A DNA stretch of 59,203 nt, filler included, from Diploschistes diacapsis (GCA_023645945.1; 5 parts of 5 records of this genome joined end to end with filler, not necessarily neighbours in it); one strand, 5' to 3'. Counted from the whole stretch's first letter, positions 36,886 through 50,848 are shown. Notes: generated by a model not told the origin, from the sequence alone. Translations and numbers: made by a program.

Positions 36886-38716
36886 GCTGCTGCTGCTGCT
36901 GCGGCGGCGGCGGCGCTTGAGGCTGCTGATGGTGGTAACTTTGAGCATGCATCATCTGCTGCGATCCCGGGTGCTGGATCAAAGGTTGTTGGCTGGAGCC
37001 CATCATGCCGGCAGATGCCGTTTGGCCTGGCTGCATGGACTGCGCCCCGGTGGAGACAGGATCGGCGGGTTGCTGGAGCAGGCCTGGATTGGTAATGTCG
37101 CGAGGTTGCTTGTAGAAGTCATCGAGTTGCTTCTTCCTCTGCTTCGACTGCGCATTAACCACCTTATTGAAGTCTGCCGTATGGGCGGACTGGCTTATCA
37201 TATCCGCATGCGAGCTTGGCTGAATTCGGTCCTGGTAGGGAATGCCCGTCATCTCTTGTCTCGAACCTCGAGGCAATGCACCGTACTCGCCCCGATATCG
37301 TATCTCCTCCGAAGGCGCAAGAATCATCGGCAAAGGTGCGAGGCTCGCGCCTACGGCTCCGCCCATGCCGCCTTGCATGAGTTGAGGATGGCCGTGAGCG
37401 TCGATGGGTATTGTGCCAGGTCCGTTGCTGTAGACGATGTCCTGGTGGCCAAGCAGCGGTGCATTGGCCGCCTCTTGAGCCTCTCTTGCAGCTTTTGCCC
37501 CGCCCGGTCGCTTTTCTCCCGCAAGATCCTCCTCGGTAAAGCCCTGTTTCCGTGCCTTGGCCTCCCAATAATCGTCTCGAACGCGACGTCCGTTCACGAT
37601 CAGTCTGCTCCCGAACTGACGGAACATGGATTTTGCCGTGACGATGGCGATCTGCCGGGATCGGTAAGAATACGGCAAAATTTCTTGCTGGATCAAATCG
37701 TCCTTTTCCTGTTGCGAAGCAATGATCTTGAACAGCGACCGGTTCTTATTGAACAAAAGGTACGAATCTCTGTAACTCAAGACTCTTGCGCATTCCGTAG
37801 CGAGCATGAAGAGTTTGTCGCCTCGGTTGGGCACGAGGAAGGTTCGACATCTGTACTCCCGCCCCTCCAAAGGACGTCCGTGTGGGGATACCTTCTTTTC
37901 GCCATCCGGATCAATTTCCCGCGGTAGGTACTCGTCTCCTTCGGGACCGAGCTGATCGGTCGTGTGATCTCGGACGGTTGGCAAAGCCTTGACCGTCTTC
38001 GCCGGTGCCGCTTTCGGCGGGGGAGCTTGTGCGGACGTAGGGTTGGGCTGTTGGGCTATGCCGGGATTTGCCGTAGGTTTCGTGGCCTGCTCGGGAACCG
38101 ATATTGACGGCTGGTTGAGTTGTACGGCAGGAGAATCCAGCTCGCTCGCCGGGAGCTTGTCTTTTCTCGGGCGACCGCGCTTTCTGCGTGTGGCATCCTC
38201 TGTAACGGTTCAAGGAAAGCAATTAGCCTCTGTCAAGCTCTGTACGCGCGAAGTGTATTTGAGCAACGCACACACGACGACCTGTGTTCCGTTGTGACGA
38301 CGGATAAGTTGCGTTTGTGTGGGGTAGAACTCACCGTCGTCGACTTGTCCGCCACGGAGCGCATCTGAATATACATCCGGCGGCGATCGGCTCCTCTTCA
38401 ACCCTCGCGGAGCAGCGCTGTATGCATTGTTGATGGTGGGCGCAGGGAGAACGGGCACTGCGGGCACGAGCAAGGAGTCAGCCAAAAGAGTTGGGGCGTT
38501 GTATGGGTGCAGCGACGGGGGAGGGACCAGAGCGTGCTGCTTGTCTCGAAAAAGAGCGTTTGCAGTCATGGCGACACAGAAAATTTGATGGTGACAACTG
38601 GGCATACCGGGACTGTTCAACGCGGCTGGATTGATTGTACCTTGGTCATCGATCATGCCACTTCCCACTCCATTCATGGACGAGGTAACTGGATGCGGCG
38701 CCGAGTACATGGCCAA
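36311..38716 (-). CDS. NPL6: RSC chromatin-remodelling complex subunit Rsc7/Npl6/Swp82 family
   Basis: DGEKKV..G.L.GREYRCRTF..LFMLATECARVLSYRDSYLLFNKN..SYRSRQIAIVTAKSMFRQFGSR..GRRVRDDYWE; AT-hook-like RKRGRPRK; Q-rich C-terminus; two 5' introns. Confidence 0.88.
36841..36912. repeat. (CAA)n/(CAG)n polyglutamine microsatellite with adjacent poly-Pro in NPL6
   Basis: (GTT)n(GCT)n(GCG)n run on the plus strand. Confidence 0.95.
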
Positions 38717-41700
38717 TGGATCCAGCGCATCGAGGGCGCGAGTTACTCAACGCACCGCGTTGCTGTCAAAGGACGCACTGTCGCGCAAGCCGCGCAGGTA
38801 TACAGGACGGTGAAGGGTTCTTCTCTTTCTAGTGACCTGGGCGCACAAAGCGGTCGCATAAGAGGACCATGCACCTTTGCGGGTGTTCAGTCAAGCGGTG
38901 GGGGGTGGGTTATGCAAAGCAACTTTGTTGTGTGTAAAAAGCGCGGAGCTACCGGTCGGAAGGTTTGCTTGGCTCCTCGGGATGGGGGGAAAAAGAACTC
39001 CAAGTAATTGGGCCAGGGTCAGGGCCAGGGGGTCAGGGTCAGGGTCAGGACCGAAGGTAATACATAATAACAGTAACAGTAACAACAACAATAATAATAA
39101 AGAGTAATAATGAAAAATAACGATCAAAGCAAGGTTGTATGATTCTCCACGCAGGCAGACAGAACTCAGTAGGTTGTAGGTCGTAGGTCGTAGACTCGTA
39201 GGCTCGTAGGTGCAGAGGTAAGAGGGAGGCGTCTTTTCCACTTGAGCGCGTGCGCACACAACCACACACAGACAAACGTACAACGTTGTGGTTTGAGACG
39301 CGATAGAGATCAATAGTGAACAAAGGAAGAATCCGAAGTGCTGATTATGATATTGCGCACACAAATAATGGAGGGTAGTTCAGAGGCTCCCAGTGGATGG
39401 GAGATGGAGGGGGGGGGGAATCTGATTCCTTTCTTCTTTTTCTTTCTGGGGAACCGGGAAGAGAGGATGAAGTTACGAAGTAATCAAGGCCAAGACAGGC
39501 TAGTCTGAAGGCTACTACTGCTACTAAGCTTTGAGCATTGAAGCAATTGAAGAATGGATGGAAAGGGGGGGGGGAAGGGTGGTGTTTAGAAGGGAAAAGG
39601 AGGAGTAGTAGTAGTAGTAGTCGTCAGCCACAGAGCCACCCGGCAGTCCATTCCAGGCTAGGGCGGATCAAGTTTGAAGGCTACTCTACTGCTACGATGC
39701 AAACTAGCACCCCGTACAGCACAGCGGCACAAAGTAGACTGCCAATCGCCGTGCCATCAAGCCTCGCAGCCTTCAGGATTGACCAACTAAGGGAAGGTGG
39801 TAGTCAAAAATTCTAGCCGACTTAGAGTAAAAGCGCTCTGGTGGTGGTGGTGGTGGAAGTGGGCTGCTGCTACTACGACGGCTAGCTAGGTTGTTTTCTT
39901 ATTTCTGGTCCAGCAGTGGGGGTCAAAAGAACTCAAAAGCCGAGGAGATGTCGAATAAATCGAGTGGAGCCACCAATGAGCTCTTCTAAGCTCCAAATCT
40001 AGGCAAAAAAAGGCCGCATGGTGCCCGGCTCAAGTCCATTCATCGTTAGCTCAATGCCGCAGCTCCGTCGCCGAATCACTCTTTCCGTTCACGAGCCGGC
40101 GAAACAGAGGAGAGGGTTTCCTTGCGCGAGGCAGATAGATTGCCAGTCGGCAAGAGGAAGGGAGACGAGAGAGTGTAGGGAAATCTGCAGGCGGCAAGGA
40201 GGAGCCGATACGACAACGACATAGAAGCATCCGGAACGATCCTAAGAATGGCGCGTCTAATGATAAGTTATTCGAATGACTCGAGGTCGAACGTTGGAAA
40301 CCTGAAAGAGCTCAGAAATTGTCTCCTAGCGTTGCCTGTCTCCCCCTTCCCCCCAACCCCCGGTCCACCAGCAATTTCAGGCAGGCAGATCTGGGTCATC
40401 GACGAGAGCCACACAAGTTCCAGGGCATAGCAGGAGGCCCGCGCAGTCGCATGTTTTTTGCGAGATGAGGAACCCTCGAACACCCGACGATCACAGTATG
40501 GAATGCAGCTGCTGCCAGTGGCGGCCGACACATATTAGGATCCAGAAGCCCCAGCAGCCAAAAGAGGAACGGGCGTCTGGTACAGATCAGGCACGGATTC
40601 GAGTTTCAATTGTCCATCCGGCAACTTGGGAAGTACAGCGTCACAGTACTAATGCGCAGGAATTGGTCGATACTGCAACTGCTTTGACGAATGCCACAGA
40701 GCGGCACGCAATCTCTGCGCTACGACGCTTGAGTCATGTCAGGGTGCTGAACTGGTAGTAACTATGCTTCGATCGATACCCGATAACATCATTTCCTCAT
40801 TCTTACGCGACGTTACCCGTGTCTGCCAAACGAGCTTTCTGAAGGAGGCAAAGACTCGATAGAAGTCAGAGAGTCAAAGCAAAAGTGAATGGGAAAAAGC
40901 AATCGAGTGCCGGGGGGTTAGGGACTCACTAGCACGGTATCGGTCGAGGCGAGAGTCCAATAATAATTGACGTGCACACACCCCCATAGCCTGAACTGTC
41001 TGTCAGATGATCATTTTGGGTCATTTGAACTCTGATCTGCTAAGTGGTGACCCGATCAACTAGTAGAGATACTCCCAAGAGCCAGGGTCATCTTCATTCA
41101 TGGCATACAGAAAACAAAAGAAGAGCAGTTGGTAAGTTCTTGTTGTGTTGGTAAACAATGGGCTTCTATTTACTTAAGGCCCTGCACAGGTGGGCTGGAA
41201 GCAGCAGCCAGCACTGTCCACACCACTGTCCCACACCACTATCTTTGACAGCCAGCATGGCGTCCCCGGGAATGTGGGAAGGGCTCTCCCACACCATCAT
41301 GTAGTAGATGAGCTGAAAAGCCAGGCGTACGGAGGTAGTTGAGCATCCATAGAGAGAACCCGGACAGAAAAGCTTAGGACCAATGGTTAACGCAAGGACC
41401 CATGGCAGACCCTTTTCGGTGCGTGTAGATAGTTAAATACGGAGAGTAAATGAATGAATAAATAATAATCGTTCAAGCAAGGCCTACTACCATGCAGCCG
41501 CCGGACTTGGACGAATCAATTCACTTCTGCCTCGGCTTGTCTTCTTCGTGCTACACCCAGGGCGCCATCTGCCGCAAAGCTGGCAGCCTGGCACAACCTA
41601 TAACAACTGCTGCAGTCTTTCAAGTATTTGTTGACACATGCTTTGCCTGCCAGATGATGCTCGCTTACTGTCTTGAGCATGGGTCGCTGGCCGGATGGCA

Positions 41701-43535
41701 CCTCCAGGTCTCTCTGCATTGCGAGGTGGGCAGGCGGGCTGACGGGGCTGGGTGGGTGGCGGCACTGGGCCACTGGCATACCAGATGAGGATAATGTAAC
41801 GGTTGCGTCGATCTTGGTGGGGAGATTGCGCATTTTGCGGCGCCATCCTGGGTGGTGAAGCTAATAAATAGTCTTTGGACGAGCGGCCCGTGACAAGCCG
41901 TCATTTGCTGCTTATTCTTATTCTTATTGGGCGTCCACTCAGCACTCAGGCTCAAGCCGTGCAGGATACTTGCTCTCCCAGCGCTTGTAGATCCTTGTTG
42001 AGCGACTTTCTATATCAGCCCATAATGGTCCCCCGAAGATGCAGCAAAAGTCTCCAGATTGCTAACAAAGAGGATGAAACGGGCATGATACAGCAAGTAA
42101 CTAGCACCGTATCCCGCCGGGTGCGCAGCATCGTCAGCGTCGCCATCGTGTCAACACCCTAAAACTTTAACCAAAGCGGCTTGTCGGTGGGTTGGAGAGT
42201 CTTTGTAACGTCAACTTTATCCGAGAACGATCAATGCAAGACATACCGTATTAGATGAGATGGGGGCGCAAGGTTCGCTAGCCAAAAGAGCTAGCGATGC
42301 AGCATAATGCAACCTTTCCCAGTACGTAGCTTCACATACAGTGGCATCTGATGTTCAACTCTCACGTTCCATTCTTGTAATTGTTGTAGATCTGGTTGCC
42401 TTGGATGCTAAACCGTGCAGCCCCAGATAGAATAATTTATCAAGCGAGCGACTAGATGATTAAAGACTGAAGTGAGATATCCGAGGCTCATTAGTAAATT
42501 TTCTTCAAGGACTGGTCCAGTTGGATAAGATCAGCCGTTAAACCACTTTCTTGGGATCGCTTCTCAAAGTTCTGAGAAGGATATGCCAACAAGCGTTGCT
42601 TGCTTGAGAACGACAGTGATTCATAGACTCTTAGTATAGAGTGTTTGTTGGCTACCAAAGGTTAGGAAAGTCTTGATGTCTTTTAACAACAGGTATACAC
42701 GCCAAAGTTCCGCTCGCCTTGCCATACATTTGGCTCACCTTGGTATGTGGTACAATCATGTCACTCACATGAGAGAATAAATATCTAGGAAGAATTGCCA
42801 CGCTTGCACGGAACATGAAACGCGCTGTATGAGAGACAAAGCATCGGAGAACAGCATGTAACATGTAACGAGGCTAAGAATGGTGTTGCTGCTTCTTAGG
42901 GACTTAAAACCCTGCCTATTGGACCCCCGTAATGGTAATGGCATCTTATAATATATATAATATATCCTATATCCTATACTGTACAGAACATGCCCCAAGC
43001 CCTGCCAGAATGCCCGGCAACACAATCGTGTATAATTATTATACTGCGGGCTGATCCACGCTCCCAAGCATTGAGCAGCACGGAAAAGGGCCTCTCTGGG
43101 ATAGTCAGTTTCCAGATGTAGCCAGTTATTAGTACATGGTACTTGAATGCTATGAAAAACAAGCATATTTTAAAGAGATACGCTAACAATAAGACATGGC
43201 TGGTCCGGTCGCGTAGGTACTTGTTACTACGTTACTACTGTAGCAGCCGCATTTTCGGTCTTAAGATAATCCACTGAGCCTCAAGCTTGGAACATGGAGT
43301 TTAGCTACAACGTCTACGTTAAGTTTTTGCAATGCAATGTTATCTCGTTATTCACTCAAGCATTCAAAAGCAGACTTTCGTCAATACATTGCATCCTTTT
43401 CCTATTAACGTCCCGTGACGAAAAAGAAATAGATGTTGCCCAATGACCTGGGCTAGACGGCCGGACTAGTTCTGCTACGCGTTACTTCTCCAAATATTCA
43501 TTTATTCAGACATTACCACTGGAAAAGCCTTCAAG

Positions 43536-45135
43536 TTGTCGGCCACACGGGATTCAAGCGACGGCTTGTCCGTGTCAGAAAAACTCTCCCCGCGAATCCT
43601 ATCCGGGCATTGCTCTTCTCACCTGAGCCCAGGACTTGAACCAGAACCTGATTATCCAGGCCCTGCAGCAGCTTCGTCCTCGAATTCCGCGAACTCGAGA
43701 CCTCCTCCTTTTTCTTCTCTATTCTTTCCTTCACCTCCTCCAGAATCCGCAAAAGTCCTCGTTGCAGAACCCGATCCTTCCGCTCCGCCCGCTTTTACAT
43801 TAACCGCCCCATTCGACCCGCTTCCTCCCCCATCTGTTACAGAAGCTGAAGTAAAAGCTGCCCTACCAGAAGACACTAAAGGAGGGTCATCCGGGAAAGG
43901 CGCAGAAGACGCGGAGCCGCCGCCACCATACACTGAAGGCTCAAGTCCGCTCGAGGGTTTTACATACGCCATGGCTGCCGCAGGAGGAGCTGCAAGCATC
44001 ATCACCCAAGTGCAGCAAGGGGGTCCTGCACCCGTCAACACGCTTGGAGGTGAGTGCTAAATCTTATAGAGGCTAAGCAGATTGCTCATGGAACGCTTTT
44101 ACAGATGTTGGTGCAGACGAGCACATCACCCTAGACCTCCGGTAACTCCTCTCCCATCGCTACTTTTCCCTTCCTGACTTGACCCAGAGGCACCCGGTTC
44201 ACACTATCCCGCGATGAGCTTCTCACGCTACCCGAGTTCGTGCTCCTATCGCTTTTTCCCAATGGCCTACTACCAGACGGCCACATGAATTCATTCCACG
44301 AAGGAGACGTTTATCCTGTAGATGTAAGGCCAGAGAAATGAAGGGGCATTAGAAAGCTATCTCACTCGCTGTGCAGTACGATCCAGCTTCGCTACAATAC
44401 ATGCTCGAATTCTTCCGCAACGTTGCACAGACCATACCCTCCAGCACGCCCTCGCCCTCCGAAGCGCCGAACACACCTCATCCGACGTCTTCAGAACCTC
44501 CGTTACCAGGATCGGCGCGCGACATGTTACAGGACCGCGCGGGGATAATAGTTCTCCGAGAGGACCTTGATTTCTACGCAATACCTCCGAGGGCCGATAT
44601 CGACCAGGCAGATATGATCGAGGTGAAACGAGCAGCCGGCAGGGCTCTCTTGAAACAAGATGGCATATTCTCGGGGCTGCGTAGGAGCGACGAAACTGGA
44701 TCTACGGAGCAACACCTCATTGAGATGTTGACCGCAGGGTTTGTTGTCCCCGCAGATCGTTATTTGTGATTTGATACTGAATCCTCACAGTGGATTCAAC
44801 CACGATGACACATGGGGGCACCGAGCCGGCGAACCGAACAAGGCCGTGGTGTGTAGCCTCGCATTGGCGAGGTTGCGGACCGACGTACGTGGCAACGAAC
44901 CGGCCAACAGCAACGCCGTCGGCATGGCACAAAAGTTACTTCTCTTCTGGAGGAAACCGGCGCGAAGGTGTTGGTGGGAAGGCGTGGAGCTGGAGAACGT
45001 CGAGGGGCTGGAAGGCAAGAAGCTCAAAGTGTGGATCAGAAGAGTTTGGACGCTGGAGATGGTAAGCCCCCTGTCATGCACGCTTGGCTCATGCAAACGC
45101 TAACCTTGTTCCAGAGCGTGATTGGGCTTCGCTGA
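43536..45135 (+). CDS. WHI2: Whi2-family growth/nutrient regulator (BTB-like); first ATG at 43971, in-frame TTG at 43536
   Basis: Spliced frame MAAAGGAASIITQVQQGG..DEHITLDLRGTRFTLSRDELLTLPEFVLLSLFPNG..YDPASLQYMLEFF..IIVLREDLDFY..EQHLIEML..KLLLFWRKPARRCWW..KVWIRRVWTLEMSVIGLR*. Confidence 0.88.
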
Positions 45136-46571
45136 GTAAGACGCCGTGTAATATGGGATGTGTTTTGGAGTACTTGGCATGAGCGTCGTCATCGTCATTG
45201 AGCGAGCCACCGGCATTGTTGATACTACCCCGAGCGAGATTTAATCTAATATCAGGAGCTCCCTACATCGCTATGCCTTTCTTGGGCATAAGCATCTTAC
45301 GACAGTTCTGCAACGGTCACCGCTATTGAGGGCTCGCCGCCACCCACAACGTGTAGATCGAACATCTCACCGTATTCCGCTCACCGTAGCAATGCCGCCC
45401 ATTCTTGGCTGATCTGCACGTGCTCTGAAACGGTGTCCTGAGGAACTTATCGTGAGGACAATTTTACCAATTATTTTACCGGGGGTGGAATACGCTATGT
45501 CCTGTGCCTTTGTCATGCAGGATCCGGTTTACCTGTAATACATTGTTAAGCTGGAGCACAGCTTCACAGGCGTTTCGAGGCGGCCCAATTTCTCGTCTCG
45601 AATTCGGATACTGGCACACTGCCATGGTGATCAGTAAACGCTCTTCTGCCCAGGTTAGAGATTCTGATGCGTGGATACAGGAAGGAGCAAATCTTGGTCA
45701 TCATCAAACCCACCCAAGAAACAACCCCAAGAAACAACCCACAAAAGCATGAAGTACAATATAACTATCTAAGAGTAGGTTTTTCTTCATCCTTCTTTCT
45801 GCGAATCATGCGGCTTCAAAAATGCTTTGGGCTGTAAGCCATACTCTACAACCTTTGGACGACAAGTGGACCGAAATTCCAAATTGAGAGGAGGAGGATG
45901 GTGGATGCAATGGCTGCTGCCCAGCCCAGTACACTTTCTGTATGATTCAGCATTTGCCTCAGGATGCTGCAGTACAGCAGAACGTACATCGATACATGCT
46001 GTTGCATCTTATAACAGCATGGTGAGGAGCCACAACAGTTGCCAGCGCCATGGCTTTGGACGAGTCTCGGTCAAATAGTGCAATACAGCAGCAGCATGGG
46101 CTACCGGTCATTTGGATAAAGGTATAGTGGCTGCCAACCAAAGGCTCGGTAAGAACTTTTCTGCTCCCGGAAGAAGCGCTCGGGTCGTGTATGGGATCCT
46201 TATCTAAAGTCTAGTCTACTTCGTTCAGTTGTTTACCCAACAGCAGACCTACGCTCGCCCTCTGGCACTCGGACCAGCATCCTATGTCTGCCGTTCCTAT
46301 CGATGACCCCTCACCTCCACAACCCCCCACACCCTCTTGCACCTGACATCCACACGTGCTGGTCGCCAATCCAGCTATTCATTTGCAACCCTCGGCCTAT
46401 TCTTCCATACCTTCTTATCAACCTTCTTATCAACCTTAAGATCGAACAAGCCTCTTCAAGACTCTACCCCAACAGCAATCAACAACGAGCCTTCCGGTAC
46501 AAAGTCAAACTTTTAATCGAATCCGCCATCTCTCTGCACCCGATTCCACCCCCCCAAACGAAAAGACCACT

Positions 46572-46885
46572 ATGGAGCCCATCAACCAAGCCCACAACTC
46601 CGCCTGCCCCAAGTGCGGCAAGAAGATCGAGAGCGAGGGGAAGAAGTGCGATAGCTGCGGCGCTGTACGTACCCAACCTCTTTCCCGTCGCTATATCATT
46701 CCAGCTACCCCGACCCTGTCTCTGCACATTCATGAATGAATCCCCTCCCCTGTCCGCCGGTTCTTGGATGAAAATCTCCCGGAAACAGAGTGCAAAGCAG
46801 CGATGAGCTATGCTGCAGTAAGTATGGTCGTATGATGGCTAACGAGAGCTGCTTGTCCGTGCAGGAATGCCCCGTCCAAGTCTAA
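46572..46885 (+). CDS. 37-aa Cys-rich (zinc-ribbon/metal-binding) microprotein, two exons
   Basis: Exon 46572-46664 MEPINQAHNSACPKCGKKIESEGKKCDSCGA; donor GTACGT at 46665; branch GCTAAC at 46838; acceptor CAG at 46862-46864; exon 46865-46885 ECPVQV*. Confidence 0.7.
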
Positions 46886-47379
46886 ACTTTCTATTTCCGC
46901 TGGGAAGAAGAGATGATGCGAGAAGATACGGTTGCTTGACGCAGGGGTCGGCGAGGGAAAGTCTGCCGATCGACAAGGGTCAAAGGAGAGGAAGGGGTTA
47001 CTGGGAGAGAGAAAGGGGAGGGGGGAGTGCACGTCTTCACGAAGCTTTTTATTTCCCATGCGGCGTCTGTTCGATTGAATACATACATACACATATACAT
47101 ACATCTGCGAACTTTCGGGCAGTGACCACCGCCATGAGCTATCGTCACCTAGCTACACATGCACCCCAAGACGTGCTCCTCATCTGTAGGAACAAAAAAA
47201 AAATTTAGTCTACTACCACCCAAGGGCACCGCGCCCAGCAGGCTGCATACACTGTCGACAAAACAACCATTTGAATCTTGCTCTCCCCCCGTGTGTGTGT
47301 GTGTGTGTATGTGTGTAGCAAACAGCATCCTCAATCATCACCCCACCCCCCGGGGGGGGGTGGGGTGATGATTGAGGAT

Positions 47380-47479
47380 NNNNNNNNNNNNNNNNNNNNN
47401 NNNNNNNNNNNNNNNNNNNNNNNTTAATTAATTAANNNNNNNNNNNNNNNNNNNNNNNNNNNNNNNNNNNNNNNNNNNN
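47380..47479. other. Assembly linker
   Basis: N44-TTAATTAATTAA-N44. Confidence 0.98.
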
Positions 47480-48975
47480 GGGGGGGATAGCTGCGTTAGT
47501 GAATCCCTTGACGGGGATTGGGAATTGTTGAGAGAAACCGAGGTTTTTTTTTTTTTTTTGTCGTTGCATGGAATAATTAGCTGCCTTTTTTTTTTTTTTT
47601 GGAATGTAGAAGGACAACGGGGCTTGATGACGATTGGATTTTGTTTTGATAGGTTGTGTGATTGGGTATGTTTGAGGGCTCTGATACTCAACGGGCCCCC
47701 CTCGACCCCCGTTTTGCTCCGTGAAGTTATTTGTCGCGCTCGCTGTTATCGGCGAGGAGATGGAAAGAAAATGGAAAAGGAGATGGGAAAAGGAGGGGAT
47801 ACCGAGTGGGAAATGCCGGGTTTCCCAATCCGGTAAAAAAATTAAAGGAGGAGGACGGTGCGAGGACGGACCGGTGGATGCGTGCACTTTATTTGCATTC
47901 TAGATCATTTCTGGAGAAAATATGGCTGTAACGATCTTCCTTAACATGTCGTGCTTTACTGCATAGGCTCTGGATGCTCGCTTCCGGCTGACTGCCTGAA
48001 GGGTAGAGCATGCAACAGGCTATACCTTCGATACACCTGTACTTGGTAAAAATGCGCTGAAGAAGCTATTCTCGCACAGTGAAGAAAAGTCCCTGGCATC
48101 AGTGGTTCTCAGCAACCTAGAAGCTTCGAATGGGGGAGAGAGCCAACGTATCGCGGCCAGTTCACCTGGTATAACAGTATTTCCGGCCATCTCTCGCATT
48201 AGTATCCGACGGTTTAGGCTAATGAATGTATTTTTAGCATGGTGCAAGTTTTCCTGCCAAGTTTGAATGGGCGAATAGCCTATAGTGCTCATTCTTCTGC
48301 GTAAGATTCGAGATTAAATAAAATGCAGATGCGGTGATGGTGCGACCTGATGGTGCTATTATTGTAGTGACAGCTTCTGCGCCAGTCACTCCATCAGCGG
48401 CAATGTTCTTCCTAGGAGCCGCAGTTACCCTTCAACAAACGAGATAAAGTGCTGGATAGCGATGGAAGATGCCAAGGAAACATACGGTGTATGGCACGTT
48501 GTCGAGTTGGCAGTAGGCATAAACAATCGCGATCTCTAGGTAATAGGTAAGAAAAGAACGTCCCTACCTCGCAACTGCCCTCGCTATTATGTGCACTGCA
48601 AGTCACACACCCGCAGGGCTTTGGTATAATACTACTGCTCCCCGCACGTCCAGATAATCCGAATTAGAAGGATAATCCATCTGTATCGGTATTGTTTGGC
48701 AGGTGGAACGGGAGGCCGTAGAACAGCAATGTCTCGTTGCTGGATATCTGATCTTCAAGCTCAAAGTCACTGCAATGTAGAGCAGCGTCCCCATGGTCTA
48801 CTACTCATGTGAATATGCTGGCGTTTCACGAACTCGCTCCAACATCGGGGTAAATGAGATTCTAGTGAATTAAGCGTGGTATCGATTATTATAGGGACGG
48901 TGGCCGGTTCAGGACGCTTGCTGTCCCTGCTACAGGGGTAATAGTCCTGTCCATCGGAAGGCCAAGTTGCTTTCA

Positions 48976-50848
48976 TCATGATAGATGGGATGCCCCTTCT
49001 ACATCTTCCTCCTCGTCCTCCTCTTCGTCATCGACAACGACTTCGTCGTTCTCTAATCTAAGCAACAGAGTCAGTGGGCTACGAGGCTAAGAAATAACGA
49101 TAACATACTGCTTCTTTCGCTCTTCATTCAATTCGCGATACGTGCTCCAGCTCAGCAGCAAGAACGCCCCAATGATCAATAATCCGCCGATTATGGCAGC
49201 CTTGGACAGCGACTCTCCACCGGGTTTTATGGTATCAACAATGGCGACGAGGAAAATCGTAAGTCTGAAATAGTTAGACCGTAAACTGCGATCTCGACAG
49301 GAGCCACCTACAAAGCAGCAACAGAAGAAAGGACGGGTGAAGTTAGCGAAATGAGGACAAGGAAGGAACCGGAAAATGCTACCATCAATGTCAGTTGCTT
49401 GTAAAAATGTACAAGGGGGATTAGGGCTGCCATACTTGCGTTGGCAATGACTGATATGAGCAGGACCCAGCCTTGCTCCCCAGTCGGGAACTCGAAAACC
49501 TCGTAGCCGGTGAAATGCAGAATAGGCAATGGTATCCAAAGAACAGTTAGAGTAAAAGTTCCAATCAAGCTCCCGAAGAGCAATGCAAATATCATTCCTC
49601 TGCCAGGCGAGCAACCTTCCGGAGGGCACGCCATCTTCTTGTACATTACCTCATAAAGGCCGTACAGCACGCTTCCGATGCCAATGATGATATTACCCAA
49701 CGTCCTATTCTGGGCTTGGTCGCCACCGCCAATGCCACCATCTGGACCGCTGCCTACGTAACCGTCTTTCGCCTTATCTCCGTATGCGACAGTGAGGACC
49801 CCTGCAATCGCGACGGCAACGGAGAAGACCTTGTCAAATCTTATCTTGTCACCCAAAAGAGGAATACTGAATGCGTACGCAAAGAAAGCAGAGCAGTTGT
49901 AGATGGCTGTCAGATCGCTAGCGGTGGTCATGTTGACAGCTACATACCAAGAACCTCCCGCAATTGTGAGTGCTGTCGTAACGGTAGCGGTAGTGCGCAA
50001 CATGTAGGGCACAGGCGAGTCGTGGGCTCCTTTTGCCATTAGATGGAGATCTTGCGTCCGCACCATCTGGGCTGTCGTTCGCAGTATCTGCTTGTGTCTC
50101 CGCCAGAACGTCTTCCACGGCATCTTTCGTTTTTGTATTCGAAGTATAAGAAGGGAGATGGGCCATAGAATAACCCATGAGCCGTGTGTCATGTACCTAG
50201 CAGGTCTGTTTAGCAGCGTGTAACCGACATCAAACTGTTTTTTACCTACAACATGCAGTACGGTTTCTCCCAGCCTAGCTTTTGCGATACCATGGTGGCG
50301 GTCTCCGTCTGAACGACAAAACTGACCAGGCTAACACCTAGAAAGAATGCTGCGTAGATGTATTTCTTCTTTGTCGCACTTCGGGCATTATAGTCAGGAC
50401 TTCTGCTTCGGAATGTGGATCTTCTTGCAACAAACGTTGGCCGGGCACTCTCTAACGGTGTCTCGGACGACTGCCTCCCTCTCTCGTCCTTCAGCAAAGG
50501 CGTTTCCGACCTCCCGCCCGTAGACCGGTGCATCGGTGGCCGTTCGACCATCTTCTCCGCCTCGTCGTCTTCGTCGTCACTGCTGTCGTCTTGGTTTGCT
50601 TTTCTATCGGTAGCGAAGGAAGAGGCGGCACGCGAACCTGTGAACCGGATGTCTCCGCTCACAGGCAGTATGGGTTCGCGGACCCGGGCAGAAAGACTGA
50701 GAGGTGAAGGACGCCGTTTTGGGGGATTTTCGGAATCAATAGGAGAGGAGTCGGAAGGAGGGGTGTAGACGATGGAACTGGACGAAGGTGATCTATCTGG
50801 GCTTTCTCCTGGAATAGCGAGCAAAGCCGATGGGGACTCTGTAGTCAT
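48976..50848 (-). CDS. EamA/DMT-superfamily (SLC35F-like) membrane transporter
   Basis: Low-complexity N-terminus, then about 10 TM helices with SFVVQTE, YMTHGSW, DLTAIYNCSAFFAYAFS, YGLYEVMYKK, LTSPVLSSVAALLTIF; acidic C-tail; four introns. Confidence 0.85.

Noticed and set aside
36629..37927. 432-aa plus-strand ORF with poly-Leu
   Set aside because: Antisense of NPL6 and its polyQ tract.
38800..43400. Many short ORFs in the long NPL6-WHI2 divergent intergenic region
   Set aside because: Microsatellite-rich, no motifs; the 41516-41833 Cys-containing ORF has no supporting features.
47325..47379. Near-perfect hairpin at the contig end
   Set aside because: Fold-back around a C/G homopolymer directly at a gap; most likely an assembly artefact.
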